Shown here: piece by piece, positions 38,101 to 45,563 of the stretch
How the letters are laid out: every line of letters begins with the position of its first letter
How positions within the stretch are numbered: position 1 is the stretch's first letter
From: a virus
Lineage: Duplodnaviria; Caudoviricetes
Virus record (IMG/VR): IMGVR_UViG_3300042528_000130
Location: 1-56,256 of that record
DNA length: 56,256 nucleotides
Direction: 5' to 3' (one strand)
Position numbers and translations under genes: made by a program
The notes under the pieces: generated by a model
The model's input: only the letters and a program-made list of their open reading frames with translations
The model's database searches: none
Told to the model about the DNA's origin: nothing

Positions 38101-38448
38101 ATACGACGCCAGCCACATTTCTGCGCCGCGGATCGCGCCTCCTCCAAGCGTGACGATCTCGTCGATGTTCAGGCCGTGTTCAGACTGGGCGGTGCGGAAC
38201 TTCTTGACGTCTCGAATCGTGAGGGCTTCGAGCTTCTCGCCGCCCTTGACCGGGCTCGACTTCTTCAGGTCAGACGACGTCCACTCTTTCGTTCCGGACT
38301 CCTGCTTCCATGAGTCGTCCTTCGGGCGAGCAGCCACGGCTGTTCCGCCGCTGCCGGACGCGCAGTCATTTCTCGGCGCAAACTGCCCCCCGTCAGTCCG
38401 GCCGCAGTTGATGTCGGACGCCCTGAACTCTCGCTCGCGGAGAATCAC
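32092..38448 (-). CDS. 2118-aa polyvalent polyprotein (4 GNAT-like, 1 HhH/glycosylase-like, 1 ASCH domain)
   Basis: Between portal and protease (MuF position); six ExR + Cys tags delimit the domains. Confidence 0.85.
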   Translation of the reverse strand: MILREREFRASDINCGRTDGGQFAPRNDCASGSGGTAVAARPKDDSWKQESGTKEWTSSDLKKSSPVKGGEKLEALTIRDVKKFRTAQSEHGLNIDEIVTLGGGAIRGAEMWLASYSHNDISVSSQIPIDPDDPDKGSVESSIEISKENGSSYIEYGTMFPDDGLDLDAASQNRIASVMMERMLESMSMASDAGFSHAQMLAIGSADSKDKGYRLWPQFGFDAKLPQELFAKIPKEILDKTPRVAKSSKLSRKSLTIQELISTREGERWWDENGDSLDMKIEFSGDSLGLKRFEEMKAKLPRLKERNKRRSYFDWLDDVEYRAGLDCGRTEGGQFAADNDCAGGGGGSSEPQARDRDDSWMQNAGDDSLSMSGRELKESPPLAIPGADGLKSVTIKSPKNTAAALKAFQITLDDLATLSGGAREGGSMEFKASSNRETLSSYSFLPLEPSDPESLQVMTHIDLLWDDGGYNGGRTIYYGEMFPQDSGGGEVELSQAQQSQIASLLMQRMSESMSLAEKSGIVRATTYAAGNKESNTKGYRLWPQFGFDAKLRSFRLEALRKSIADGKLTLNDSQKSQLDKEELTVQQLIATREGEKWWDDNGRGTDLTFDFRDKSSLGYKRYEEMKARIARLKERNKNRSIIDWLEDEVEFRDDCGRQEGGRFGRGNDCASEDGGAATATKPDDSWWESEGEAQWGRAKLKDSPPVTGGEVLKSFIVRDVGELASAMTDIGSFKSFDDVVAIGGGVRKGGKVIVEGDGDVIRVNSTMPISPDGTNKDGAVEVNVAMFDNGEGLAISYDEMYVDRPEDGEITEESVKRVSSVLLEKMTDSLARAESIGAQYAETMAAGDAHSPLKGYRLWPQFGFDGELGKIHTYGLREFAEEAIANRGEDNYDNPPKWALDIVDKLDSGEPLMIQELISSAEGKKWWDENGKNIPLMLKFKDKKSLGYKRYKKMKTLLTRLKERNKNRNWYDYDVEFRGDCTDADRQDGGQFGQGNDCGGEGGVAGSVQAEAKAGKQRNVDVMIGGQKTVAVIDKEARDRAIADFKANKPEGSTPGSTTDLWDRTFVSRGGKSTNKITESDPVFPPETHRQNGQFVAHEAVGQFLANRHEEERQKTGATGPGAIIDTASPDLPEAQLDYLAESLTDDALHAYDVLGVDPGFYSTDLDDTMKKMTSRYPEFETDDDAKFVFTMLLAITSTGQGPDANLRDADDLYRMYREHGTVVPSNYGGGARDVTASLKVLQGLLDSFGKERTRRLLSGYTTAGNVEKTLAKLAGKSQAEEWQQRTGASAWSLPVDRGGDQKQMVSGELRDEVVPVAAIFGPKIGSFFANLSGKHDFLTMDRWLMRSVGRVSGELITRSTPKQAKERAEAILKAIESGKWNRAKLFGVDKTHGITKEQLVRSLKIQAKTGVIEENGAAFLWATAAERSHGKTRRPTGGGYGKHEDPEIHALHQAGNSLFKSLIHEQQDPKTGTARKNIREVFRRVQSEIEARTGRKADIDEIQAALWQYEKRLWKHLGAQTNITDNSLFSAAADGVLSGRLARSKDQPSAKPFTPASRRDAQQGEIDDRDEEFDVNPLDVEQSVWNADFADLDIDVLALIQSLEDDVEERRNFLPLDLVESRSADCGRDQDGKFGSGNKCQMGININDKHQDFTGQILSGEKTLETRPSNSLRPYVGKTVGIVRTGKGKATLVGTMKIGEPKFYKTQEEFDADFEQHRVGKDSPHYIGPDGKYGYPISEVKKVKPVVITAQGRVARKITSRDYDEETIEYSLDDEQRSADCGRDEDGKFGSGNKCQEDGTATATASGSDDRWSSNSEILWPASSRETAPPPFDGADKYGTVSVKAPQRVQSSLESAGIDAATAVAAAGGTPDSDVYMRPGTEFGSGFGFSETPVFIDFESDIAGIEGAMNHSAAIGKGEDGSVLIFQNTATVTDEIARDPAKRHAAAAAFYRTMVSSVESARKAGASQITLNAAGSAAADSGKGKASNPWRGFTIWPRMGFDARLPQHLVSKLPPDLSHAKSLLDLHATPEGTRWWAENGEDLDVYFNLKDRSSPQSKIMDRFIRKFGSGAQRRDMPLGSGDEWLSPADLVRLDEMWQEIWDEGDLDDYEWSDDGNS

Positions 38449-41400
38449 AGAGTCACCTTGTCGTCGGTGATCTCGTAGAACATCTGCATGACCTCGCCAG
38501 AGTAGTCGTGTCCAGACAATACGCCCGCGATAACCTCAGCTACGAACTCTCGTCCGTTCACGGCGGCGTACCGCGAGACTTCAGCCTCGATCATCGACCG
38601 CTGCTCGGCCGTGAACTCATGCGACAGAGACGTCGCGTATGAAGCTGGGTCGCTCTTCGCGTGTGTGCGATGGGCCAGTTCGTGGAGAACCGGATTCGGC
38701 TGCGATGTCCAGCCGTCACGCTCAAGCATCGAGGCGTCGGGCGAGACGTAGACCGCGTCTTCTTCTGACGAGTACGACGCCAGAAGCTGCCCGATCGAGC
38801 GGACTTCGATCTTAGGCAGAGAAGAGAAGTGGTTCGACGCAGCCGAGATCAAGCCTTGGGCTGCGCTTTCTCCGCCATAATCCGCTTCGCTGCATCTCGC
38901 AGTGCTTCTGCGATGTCCTTCGCCGCCATCCCCGGAGGGAAGTCGAAGCGAACGAGGTTCTTTTTTGGCTCTTGTTCGTCGGCCATCGTACTCTTCCTTT
39001 CGGATTTCCTTCTTCTCGTTGAGATCCCAGATCGCGAGCTGGCTCGTGCTTTCTGCGGAGTCGATCGCGTCGTCGATGCTGTCGAACTTCTCTGAGAGAT
39101 CGAGGTACACCTTGCCGGTGGCCTGATCGACCCAGCCCCCTAAGTGTAGCGTCGGACGCTCGCCGAAGTGGGATTTATTCTCTTCAAAAAATTTCGTGAT
39201 GGCTTCTTCCGTCACGTCGTCGGCCGAGTTCAAGATTGTCTCCGACTCTGGAACGACGCTGACCATGTAGCCAGACGTCGGACTGTTGGCGGCGACTGGA
39301 TGAACCGAGAAGCCGCCCGAGTCTCGGATGCTCTTGAGGGCCGCTTCCGTGACTTGGCCAGACTTGATTCCGCTGGAGCCAGATCCGTCTCCGCTGGCGC
39401 ACGTGTTCCCGCGGCCGAACCGGCCGCCATCAGCCCGACCGCAGTCGTCGCTGCGAGACTCTGGATTCGTAGTCTTAGTCTTGGAAAGCCAGGGCCTAGT
39501 CTTGAGGTGCTGGTAGCCCAGCGGCTCGTCTGAGTCTCGCCCGTTATCTTCAGCACGAGACTGCTTCTTCCGCTTGGCCAGCTCGCTGCGAATAACGTCG
39601 GCGCCGACCTTCGAGGCGTACGCGTTCTGCGGCGCGAAGTCGCCCGTAAGCTCGTAGACCGCGTTCTGGCCGAACGTCTCGGCGAACAGGGCTGGCCACG
39701 CCTCTTCGGGGAGAGTCGAGGCGTGCGTGAGCATGCCGTTGTACTCGCCGTTCGTCGAGAACGAGTAGCCGCCGCGGACGTGGGCCACGAGATCATGAAC
39801 GACCCGGAACAGGTCGTTCGCAATCATGGGCTCGCCATCGGAAGTCTTGAACTTCGTCTCGCGGAGCATCGGGTGGTTTTCGGTCGCGGAGCCAGTCCCG
39901 AATCCTCGTTCTGTCATGAAGAACTTAAACTCACCAGACTTGGCGACTTCTTCCCGCATCTTGTCCGAGTTGGGCTTCGTGCTTCCTGGCGGATCTCCGT
40001 AGGGCTCGCCTTCGCCTCGCCACGCACTGACTCGCAGGCCAGACTGCGTCAGGGCCTCGTACTGGCGACCGATCTCGTCGACGAGCGACGAGTACGCAGC
40101 TTCTGCCTCTGGCGAGAGCGGCTTTCCGCTCTGGGCATTCTGCTCCTGGGCGAACGTCTCGATCTGCTGCCGCGGCGGTGTCTCAGCTTTGCCCTTCGAG
40201 CGATCCCAGACTGAGGCTGGGTCTTTGCCGATCGAGGCCACGACGCTATCGACGGCGTCGCGATACGGCTTCGTGCCGGACGGAAAGGTGCGGTCGCTGG
40301 CCTCGGACTTCGGTGCCTTCGGAGACGACTCCTGCTCGCCCGGGCCTGCGCCGTCTTTCTTCGCGCAGTCGTTGCCCTGCCCGAAACGCCCGCCGTCTTG
40401 GCGACCGCAGTCGTTCGACCGCTTCTCTTCGACAGCTTCGACTTCCTGAAGATCAGGCTTCTTCTCGCTGGCTTGGCCCTGCTCGGCAGGATTCGGAGAC
40501 TTGCCAGTCTTGACCTCTGGAAGACTCGGCACGCCACCGGCAGCTTCCGGCGGGGCTCCGGCTCCAGCTCCAGCTCCACCCATCATCGCAGCCATCGGAT
40601 CTGGCTTCGGCTTAACAGCATCTTCGAGCGTCTGCATGTTCATGCCGACGAAGTGCTTGTCGCCGTTCTCGACCGGAGCGAGCCCCTCGGCGCGGCGGCA
40701 GTCGTTGATCGAGTAGATGCCGAGATTCGTCATCGTCGAGTAGAACGACGCGCGGCTGTTCGAGTTGCCTCGCATCAGCCCCTTCGTGTCGAACTCGGCG
40801 AAGAACACGTCGTCGTTGTAGATCAGCGACCGCGAGATAGCCGACTCGATTCGACGGAGCCACGGCAGCAGCGTGTAGGTGACGAACTCTTGGCCCTGAG
40901 TCTCCAAGTCTCCGCCGCTCTGGCCCTGCACGAGCGCGAGTGGCAACCTGTAGATTCGCGCGATTTCTTCGCTCTGAAATCTCCGGCTATCTATGAACTG
41001 ACTCTGCTCTTGCGAGAACCCGATGGGCTCGGCTTTCAGGCCGTTTGTGAGGACTGCCGTCCGGAAAGCTCGGTCAACGCCCCTATGAAGTCTCTCCCAA
41101 TTGTCGCGGAGTCGCTCGGCCGCTTCGGGCGAGAGCGATCCGTCCGTCTGAAGCACGACGCCAGGGCGAGCCGAGTTCGCCCAGTACTTCGACGCGTGAA
41201 TCTCACACGCTCTCGCCAGGGCGATCGCCTCGCGGCCGACTTCGACCGGCACCATGCCCTTGATGCCGTCAGGCTCGGGAGTCCAGCGGACGTGCATGAC
41301 CTGATCTTGCGTGTACCGCTCCAGTCTTCCGGTCTCCGGATTCGTGTAGCTGTACCGGAGTCGGCCGTTTTCGAGACGCTCGACCTCCATCCGGCTCGGA

Positions 41401-41843
41401 TGAAGATTGTCGAGGGCGCTCACGGCTCCGTACTTGCCAGACCGAATCAGGCTGTACGAGTTCCCCCACAGAGTCAGGAACATGACGATCTGCTCGAAGA
41501 ACTCGAACTTCGTCTGCCACTCGTTGGGCGCGAACGACAAGACTTTGTAGAGCGGCAAGTCTGTGGCTGGCTCTTTGCCGCCGTCCTTCGTCCGACGCAT
41601 GACGTGCAGAGGCAGGCCCGAGATCGTCTCGGCGAGAATCCGGCAGCAGGCCAGCACGACAGTGGACTGGAGGGCGCTGTCTGGCGTGATCCGGACTTCC
41701 GCGGCTGTGCGCGAGCGTCCGAGATACGGCTCGTCGCTCGTGAGAAAGTTATTCCAGAGAATGCTCCGGAACTCAGGCTCTGGAGTGGTCAGGCCGCGTT
41801 CGGGTGTCCAGACAATGTCGGACAGGGCTCGCTCTTCGCTCAC
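38445..41843 (-). CDS. HK97-family portal protein with ~700-aa C-terminal cargo extension
   Basis: AL..TV.AC..ILAE.IS.LP, L.GNSY, LHP..M, EEIARIYRLP and LLPWLRRIE portal motifs, then two Cys tags and a zincin HELAH. Confidence 0.92.
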   Translation of the reverse strand: MSEERALSDIVWTPERGLTTPEPEFRSILWNNFLTSDEPYLGRSRTAAEVRITPDSALQSTVVLACCRILAETISGLPLHVMRRTKDGGKEPATDLPLYKVLSFAPNEWQTKFEFFEQIVMFLTLWGNSYSLIRSGKYGAVSALDNLHPSRMEVERLENGRLRYSYTNPETGRLERYTQDQVMHVRWTPEPDGIKGMVPVEVGREAIALARACEIHASKYWANSARPGVVLQTDGSLSPEAAERLRDNWERLHRGVDRAFRTAVLTNGLKAEPIGFSQEQSQFIDSRRFQSEEIARIYRLPLALVQGQSGGDLETQGQEFVTYTLLPWLRRIESAISRSLIYNDDVFFAEFDTKGLMRGNSNSRASFYSTMTNLGIYSINDCRRAEGLAPVENGDKHFVGMNMQTLEDAVKPKPDPMAAMMGGAGAGAGAPPEAAGGVPSLPEVKTGKSPNPAEQGQASEKKPDLQEVEAVEEKRSNDCGRQDGGRFGQGNDCAKKDGAGPGEQESSPKAPKSEASDRTFPSGTKPYRDAVDSVVASIGKDPASVWDRSKGKAETPPRQQIETFAQEQNAQSGKPLSPEAEAAYSSLVDEIGRQYEALTQSGLRVSAWRGEGEPYGDPPGSTKPNSDKMREEVAKSGEFKFFMTERGFGTGSATENHPMLRETKFKTSDGEPMIANDLFRVVHDLVAHVRGGYSFSTNGEYNGMLTHASTLPEEAWPALFAETFGQNAVYELTGDFAPQNAYASKVGADVIRSELAKRKKQSRAEDNGRDSDEPLGYQHLKTRPWLSKTKTTNPESRSDDCGRADGGRFGRGNTCASGDGSGSSGIKSGQVTEAALKSIRDSGGFSVHPVAANSPTSGYMVSVVPESETILNSADDVTEEAITKFFEENKSHFGERPTLHLGGWVDQATGKVYLDLSEKFDSIDDAIDSAESTSQLAIWDLNEKKEIRKEEYDGRRTRAKKEPRSLRLPSGDGGEGHRRSTARCSEADYGGESAAQGLISAASNHFSSLPKIEVRSIGQLLASYSSEEDAVYVSPDASMLERDGWTSQPNPVLHELAHRTHAKSDPASYATSLSHEFTAEQRSMIEAEVSRYAAVNGREFVAEVIAGVLSGHDYSGEVMQMFYEITDDKVTL

Positions 41844-43195
41844 AGTACGATGATCTCCGGATCTGGCTGTCGCATGCCTGCTTCGGCGTCACTTGCGAGT
41901 GCGAGCGCCATGACGAGAGCGACCATGCCGTCCACTCGCTGAGGGCTCATCGCACTCGGTTTCACGATCTTGATGTACCCGTCAGAGTTAGTCTTGGTCA
42001 CGCAGTTCGATGCCATCCAGTTCAGGATGGGATTGTCAGCAGTTCGCAGCCGCCCCTGCGCTATGAGAGTTTCAAGAGCGCGGGTCGGTGAATTCATCTG
42101 CGAGAAATGCTGCGAAAAGCCTATCACGTCAAGTCCCTCAGTCTGAAGTTGTTGCTGAAGGTGGTGGGCGTTGTGCGGGTCGGCCGCGATCTTTCTGACC
42201 TGATGGTCTTTCGCGAACTGAAGAATGTCGCGACGAATGAACTCGTAGTCGCACGTGTCGCCTGGAGTCAGGAGCAGGCCGGTCTTCTTGCTGTCTCTCG
42301 CCCAGAGCGTGTACGGAACTTCTTCGCGACGCTGCGTCGCGTTGTCTTCTGGGATCCAGAACTTGCAGATCACGTCGAAGACGTCTTCGCCTGTCTCTTC
42401 GTCGGCGATCTTCGAGACAGCGACGAACGCGTTCACGTCCCAGGTCTGGGCTAAGTCGAGCCCGCAGTACCAGACGCGAGACTTGTCCGGAGGCGGGAAG
42501 TCTCGCTTGCAGCGTTCCCAGCGGGTCAAGTCCACGAACTTGTTCGATCCCTGTATCCAGACATTGAGCCTGTATCTGAGGAAGTCAGCGAGCTTCGAGT
42601 TGTTCCCCTCGGCCTCTCGGACGTCGGCCTTGAAGCTCTCCTCGTCCATCGTGACGCCGAACGAGGGATTCGCGGCTCGCCAGACTTCCGGGTCTCGGTA
42701 GTCGTCCTCGGCGGTCGCTCCGGCCACGAACCCGAAGAACTGCGGATCGTGGTGCGGGTCTTGCATGCACTTGAGGGCATGCTCGTGCAGCTCGTAGCAG
42801 ATCGACGTCCGGTCAGTCCCGGCTGTGGTGATCGCGAGAATTAAGCTCTGTGATCTGGAAATTCCACCGTAACGAACCGCTGCCCATAGCTTCCTGTCCT
42901 TGGCGGAATGGATCTCGTCATAGCACAGCGAGTGGATATTCAGGCCCTCCTGGCGACCGGAGTCGCTGGAGATGACCTTCCAGAACGAGTGCGTCGGAAC
43001 GCACGTGATCGTCTTCCGAGAGTCGACGATCTCCAGCATCTCGGACAGGTGCGGGCTCGCCTCGACAAGCTCCTTCATCTGCTTGTAGACGATCGAGGCC
43101 TGCTCGCGGCTCGTGGCACAGCCGAAGCACTCGGCTGACGCTTCGCCGTCAGCGACGGTCATGTACAGGCCGATGCCGGAGAGAAGGGTAGACTT
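41840..43195 (-). CDS. terL: terminase large subunit, C-terminal part (from the Walker A KST)
   Basis: KSTLLSGIGLY, A.SREQA.IV, EGLN..CYDEIH, ITTAG, GLDLAQ, RVDG.VA; same frame as the N-terminal part. Confidence 0.92.
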   Translation of the reverse strand, partial: KSTLLSGIGLYMTVADGEASAECFGCATSREQASIVYKQMKELVEASPHLSEMLEIVDSRKTITCVPTHSFWKVISSDSGRQEGLNIHSLCYDEIHSAKDRKLWAAVRYGGISRSQSLILAITTAGTDRTSICYELHEHALKCMQDPHHDPQFFGFVAGATAEDDYRDPEVWRAANPSFGVTMDEESFKADVREAEGNNSKLADFLRYRLNVWIQGSNKFVDLTRWERCKRDFPPPDKSRVWYCGLDLAQTWDVNAFVAVSKIADEETGEDVFDVICKFWIPEDNATQRREEVPYTLWARDSKKTGLLLTPGDTCDYEFIRRDILQFAKDHQVRKIAADPHNAHHLQQQLQTEGLDVIGFSQHFSQMNSPTRALETLIAQGRLRTADNPILNWMASNCVTKTNSDGYIKIVKPSAMSPQRVDGMVALVMALALASDAEAGMRQPDPEIIVL

Positions 43196-43246
43196 GCACA
43201 GAGAGCGTCTTGGCCCCCGCGGCTACCATGCCGCGGGGGCCAAGAC
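43196..43246 (-). other. 51-nt in-frame hairpin insertion with TAG inside the TerL Walker A
   Basis: 19-bp perfect stem GCGTCTTGGCCCCCGCGGC, loop ATGGTA (43205-43248); lies between Gly GGC and Lys AAG. Confidence 0.85.
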
Positions 43247-43525
43247 GCCATTTTTTTTCGGCACCTCTATGAAGCCAATCCTGAACTTCCGAGCCCCGTT
43301 GTCGACCCGGAGCCAGCCGAAGAGTTCCTCGATGATGTCGTGCTTCTGCCAGGGGAGAAGCTCGAACGGCTTGCCAGCGAACTGGCCCTTCGAGTGGACG
43401 AGGAAGTTCTCGAAGAACCCGACGGCGTGGTCGGCCCGCTCTTGGTCGAAGTAGAAGTCGAGCCCCTGCTCAACTGCTTCGCTTCGCGATATACGCGGCA
43501 AGAGGATTTTCTTTGGCAGCGGCAC
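43247..43525 (-). CDS. terL: terminase large subunit, N-terminal part
   Basis: FYFD..AD.A..F....H.KG..AG.PF.L.PWQ..FGW..EVPKKNG. Confidence 0.9.
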
Positions 43526-43934
43526 TGTTCACCTTGAGTGTGCTTCGAGCCGCCGGGGTCATGCCGAACTGCTGCTCGATCCGCAGCAAGTCTCCGGGCA
43601 GGCTCTTGAACAACGTCCCCTCCGCTGTGATCTGTGAGTAGCCGGTCGACGTGAGCTGGGTCATGCCATGCTCGCGGACGTGCTTCGAGACGACGACCCA
43701 CTGCTCGTGCAGGACGCAGTACCGGGTCAGGAGAGACCGATCGGCCTGAGAGAGAACGCCCATCTTCGCCAGGAGCGGCGCGATCTCGTTCCACTTCTCC
43801 AGGGCCACGCCATCGAGGCACGGCGGCGGGCTCAGGTCGGCATCGGGCGGCGCCGGTTCGTCGCCGTTGAGAGGCCGGTTGCCGGGATTGCCCCTGAGAA
43901 TCTTGATGGAGGTCGGCGTCGGCGGGCGTCCCAT
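43470..43934 (-). CDS. terS: terminase small subunit, P27 family
   Basis: GRPP.PT..K.LRGNPG.R..PP..L...A..KW..FGMTPAAR. Confidence 0.92.
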   Translation of the reverse strand: MGRPPTPTSIKILRGNPGNRPLNGDEPAPPDADLSPPPCLDGVALEKWNEIAPLLAKMGVLSQADRSLLTRYCVLHEQWVVVSKHVREHGMTQLTSTGYSQITAEGTLFKSLPGDLLRIEQQFGMTPAARSTLKVNSAAAKENPLAAYIAKRSS

Positions 43935-44010
43935 GCGTCTCGGCTTCGCGAAACCCGAAAAAGCGAGTTTTTCGGCCTAAAAGCCCCCCCTGAAAATTTC
44001 GCGGGCGCTC

Positions 44011-44038
44011 ACGGAAGGCCGCAGCTCGGGTCTTCCGT
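44011..44038. other. candidate cos (cosN) site
   Basis: IR ACGGAAG-N14-CTTCCGT in non-coding DNA between HNH and terS, near GAAAATTTCGCG and a C7 run. Confidence 0.45.
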
Positions 44039-44458
44039 TGATTTTCAAATTCAGGAGAGACACTGCCCCGGAGTGGGGCTGCTCTTTAGTCTGGCAGATC
44101 AAGGCTCGCCAGTAAAGTTTCGCACTCGCGAGAAAGCTCGCCTCTTCTCGCGAGGCCACTTCGCTCTCTCAGGTCTTCCTATCTTCGCTAATCTTCCATC
44201 CCCTGTTCTTCATAGATCGCTTTGAGGTCAGAAAAGAGAATCCAGAAGCCCAGAGTATATAGGACTTTAAAAAAAAGCATTTTCTTTCTTGACTTCGCGA
44301 CTTACTTTTTTCATTTCTTCATTCTTCATTCTCTCTTCGCGTATACGTACGCATACAAAAGAGGAAATGAAGCAAGCCTCTCAGCGTCAATTTGAGGCCA
44401 GAATCAAAAAGGGGGTCTGGAGATACCAAGAAGCCCTGCGCGGGCTTCCTGCGCAAAG

Positions 44459-44758
44459 CTAGGGGCCTCTGCGTTCATTATATGTCTTCACCGCATGGCA
44501 CTTCTGGCACAGCGTCTGAAGCCCAGCCTCATCATCGCTCTGAGTCAGCTTTCGAGGAATGATGTGGTCGACATGTGCCTCCTGTGGCGAGCCACACACG
44601 CGACCACAGGAGCGACACTGATAGGCGTCGCGAATCAGAACTCGCTCTCGAATCGCCTGCCAGTTCTTGCCCCCATAGCCTCGCCTGTAGGCATTGGGGC
44701 GACCTTCTCGCATCCGGAGTTTCTTGGCGGGCCTGAAGAAGCTCATCCGGCGAGGCAT
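44459..44758 (-). CDS. HNH endonuclease (HK97 gp74-like terminase cofactor)
   Basis: RGYG..W..IR..VL.RD.YQC..CG..HVDHIIP..LQTLC..CH..KT. Confidence 0.9.
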   Translation of the reverse strand: MPRRMSFFRPAKKLRMREGRPNAYRRGYGGKNWQAIRERVLIRDAYQCRSCGRVCGSPQEAHVDHIIPRKLTQSDDEAGLQTLCQKCHAVKTYNERRGP

Positions 44759-44762
44759 GAGA

Positions 44763-45563
44763 TCACGAGACCACGAGGAGGGCAGAGTTGCTGTAGAAAG
44801 TCTGCGAGTCAAACGTCAGAGAGAGCCGGTAGAGGCTGTTATTGTCGCCGGATGCGACAATAAACGACTGCGTGCTATTGGCAGTTCCGCCAAAGCTGTC
44901 CCACGTTGACCCGCCATCTGTTGATCGCTGCCACTGCTTGCTGGGGAAGCTGTATGTGCCACCATAAGTGTTGCCCACGATGGAGGCGGCAGCGTAGAAG
45001 CTGACAGACTGCCCAACAGACTTCACCTGTCCGACTGGCTGATACGACCACACCGCGCTGACAGTGTCATATCGCAGAGTTCCGGGAGAGCTGCGAACTG
45101 ACTTGAGGCCGTTCGTCACGACGAGCCGGTAGAGGTCTCCATCGTTCGAGGCTGTCTGGCTCGTGACTTCGAGGCCAACGGTTCGCTGCGAATAGTAATA
45201 CCCAGCCGTGCTGTCATCGCCAGAAGACCCTGGCACTGTCGCCCACGTCGCCCCATCGTCGTCGCTCTTTTCCCACACGTATGTGAATGGCAGGCTCTCG
45301 GGCGAAGGTGTGATCACCGCGCTGAATGTTCCAGTTCCGCTGCCGGTCGCGTCGACGTAGTCCATCAGGTTGTACGGCCAATAGCCTGTCGAAGGCCAGC
45401 CGATCTCGATCGAGTTGCGAGGCCAGCCGGTCATTCCGTACAAGTCATATCCGTACAGCCCGCGAATGGCCGCATACACGTCGCCAAGCCGCCACAGGCC
45501 ATTCGCCTCATAGCCGTCGGGCCGCATCGACGCCCCGATTCGCCCGCCGATTCTGCCATTCAT
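44763..45563 (-). CDS. virion structural protein with Ig-like domains
   Basis: Two Y.W..S.D.G.TW..DG.LYR Ig-type repeats. Confidence 0.7.
   Translation of the reverse strand: MNGRIGGRIGASMRPDGYEANGLWRLGDVYAAIRGLYGYDLYGMTGWPRNSIEIGWPSTGYWPYNLMDYVDATGSGTGTFSAVITPSPESLPFTYVWEKSDDDGATWATVPGSSGDDSTAGYYYSQRTVGLEVTSQTASNDGDLYRLVVTNGLKSVRSSPGTLRYDTVSAVWSYQPVGQVKSVGQSVSFYAAASIVGNTYGGTYSFPSKQWQRSTDGGSTWDSFGGTANSTQSFIVASGDNNSLYRLSLTFDSQTFYSNSALLVVS

Noticed and set aside
43196-43246. Intein or group I/II intron in terL
   Set aside because: At 51 nt it is too short and has no intein N/C-terminal motifs or ribozyme core.
43251-43258. A8 run as a programmed frameshift rescuing TerL
   Set aside because: The -1 and +1 frames both stop within about 35 codons, and the downstream TerL is in frame 0.
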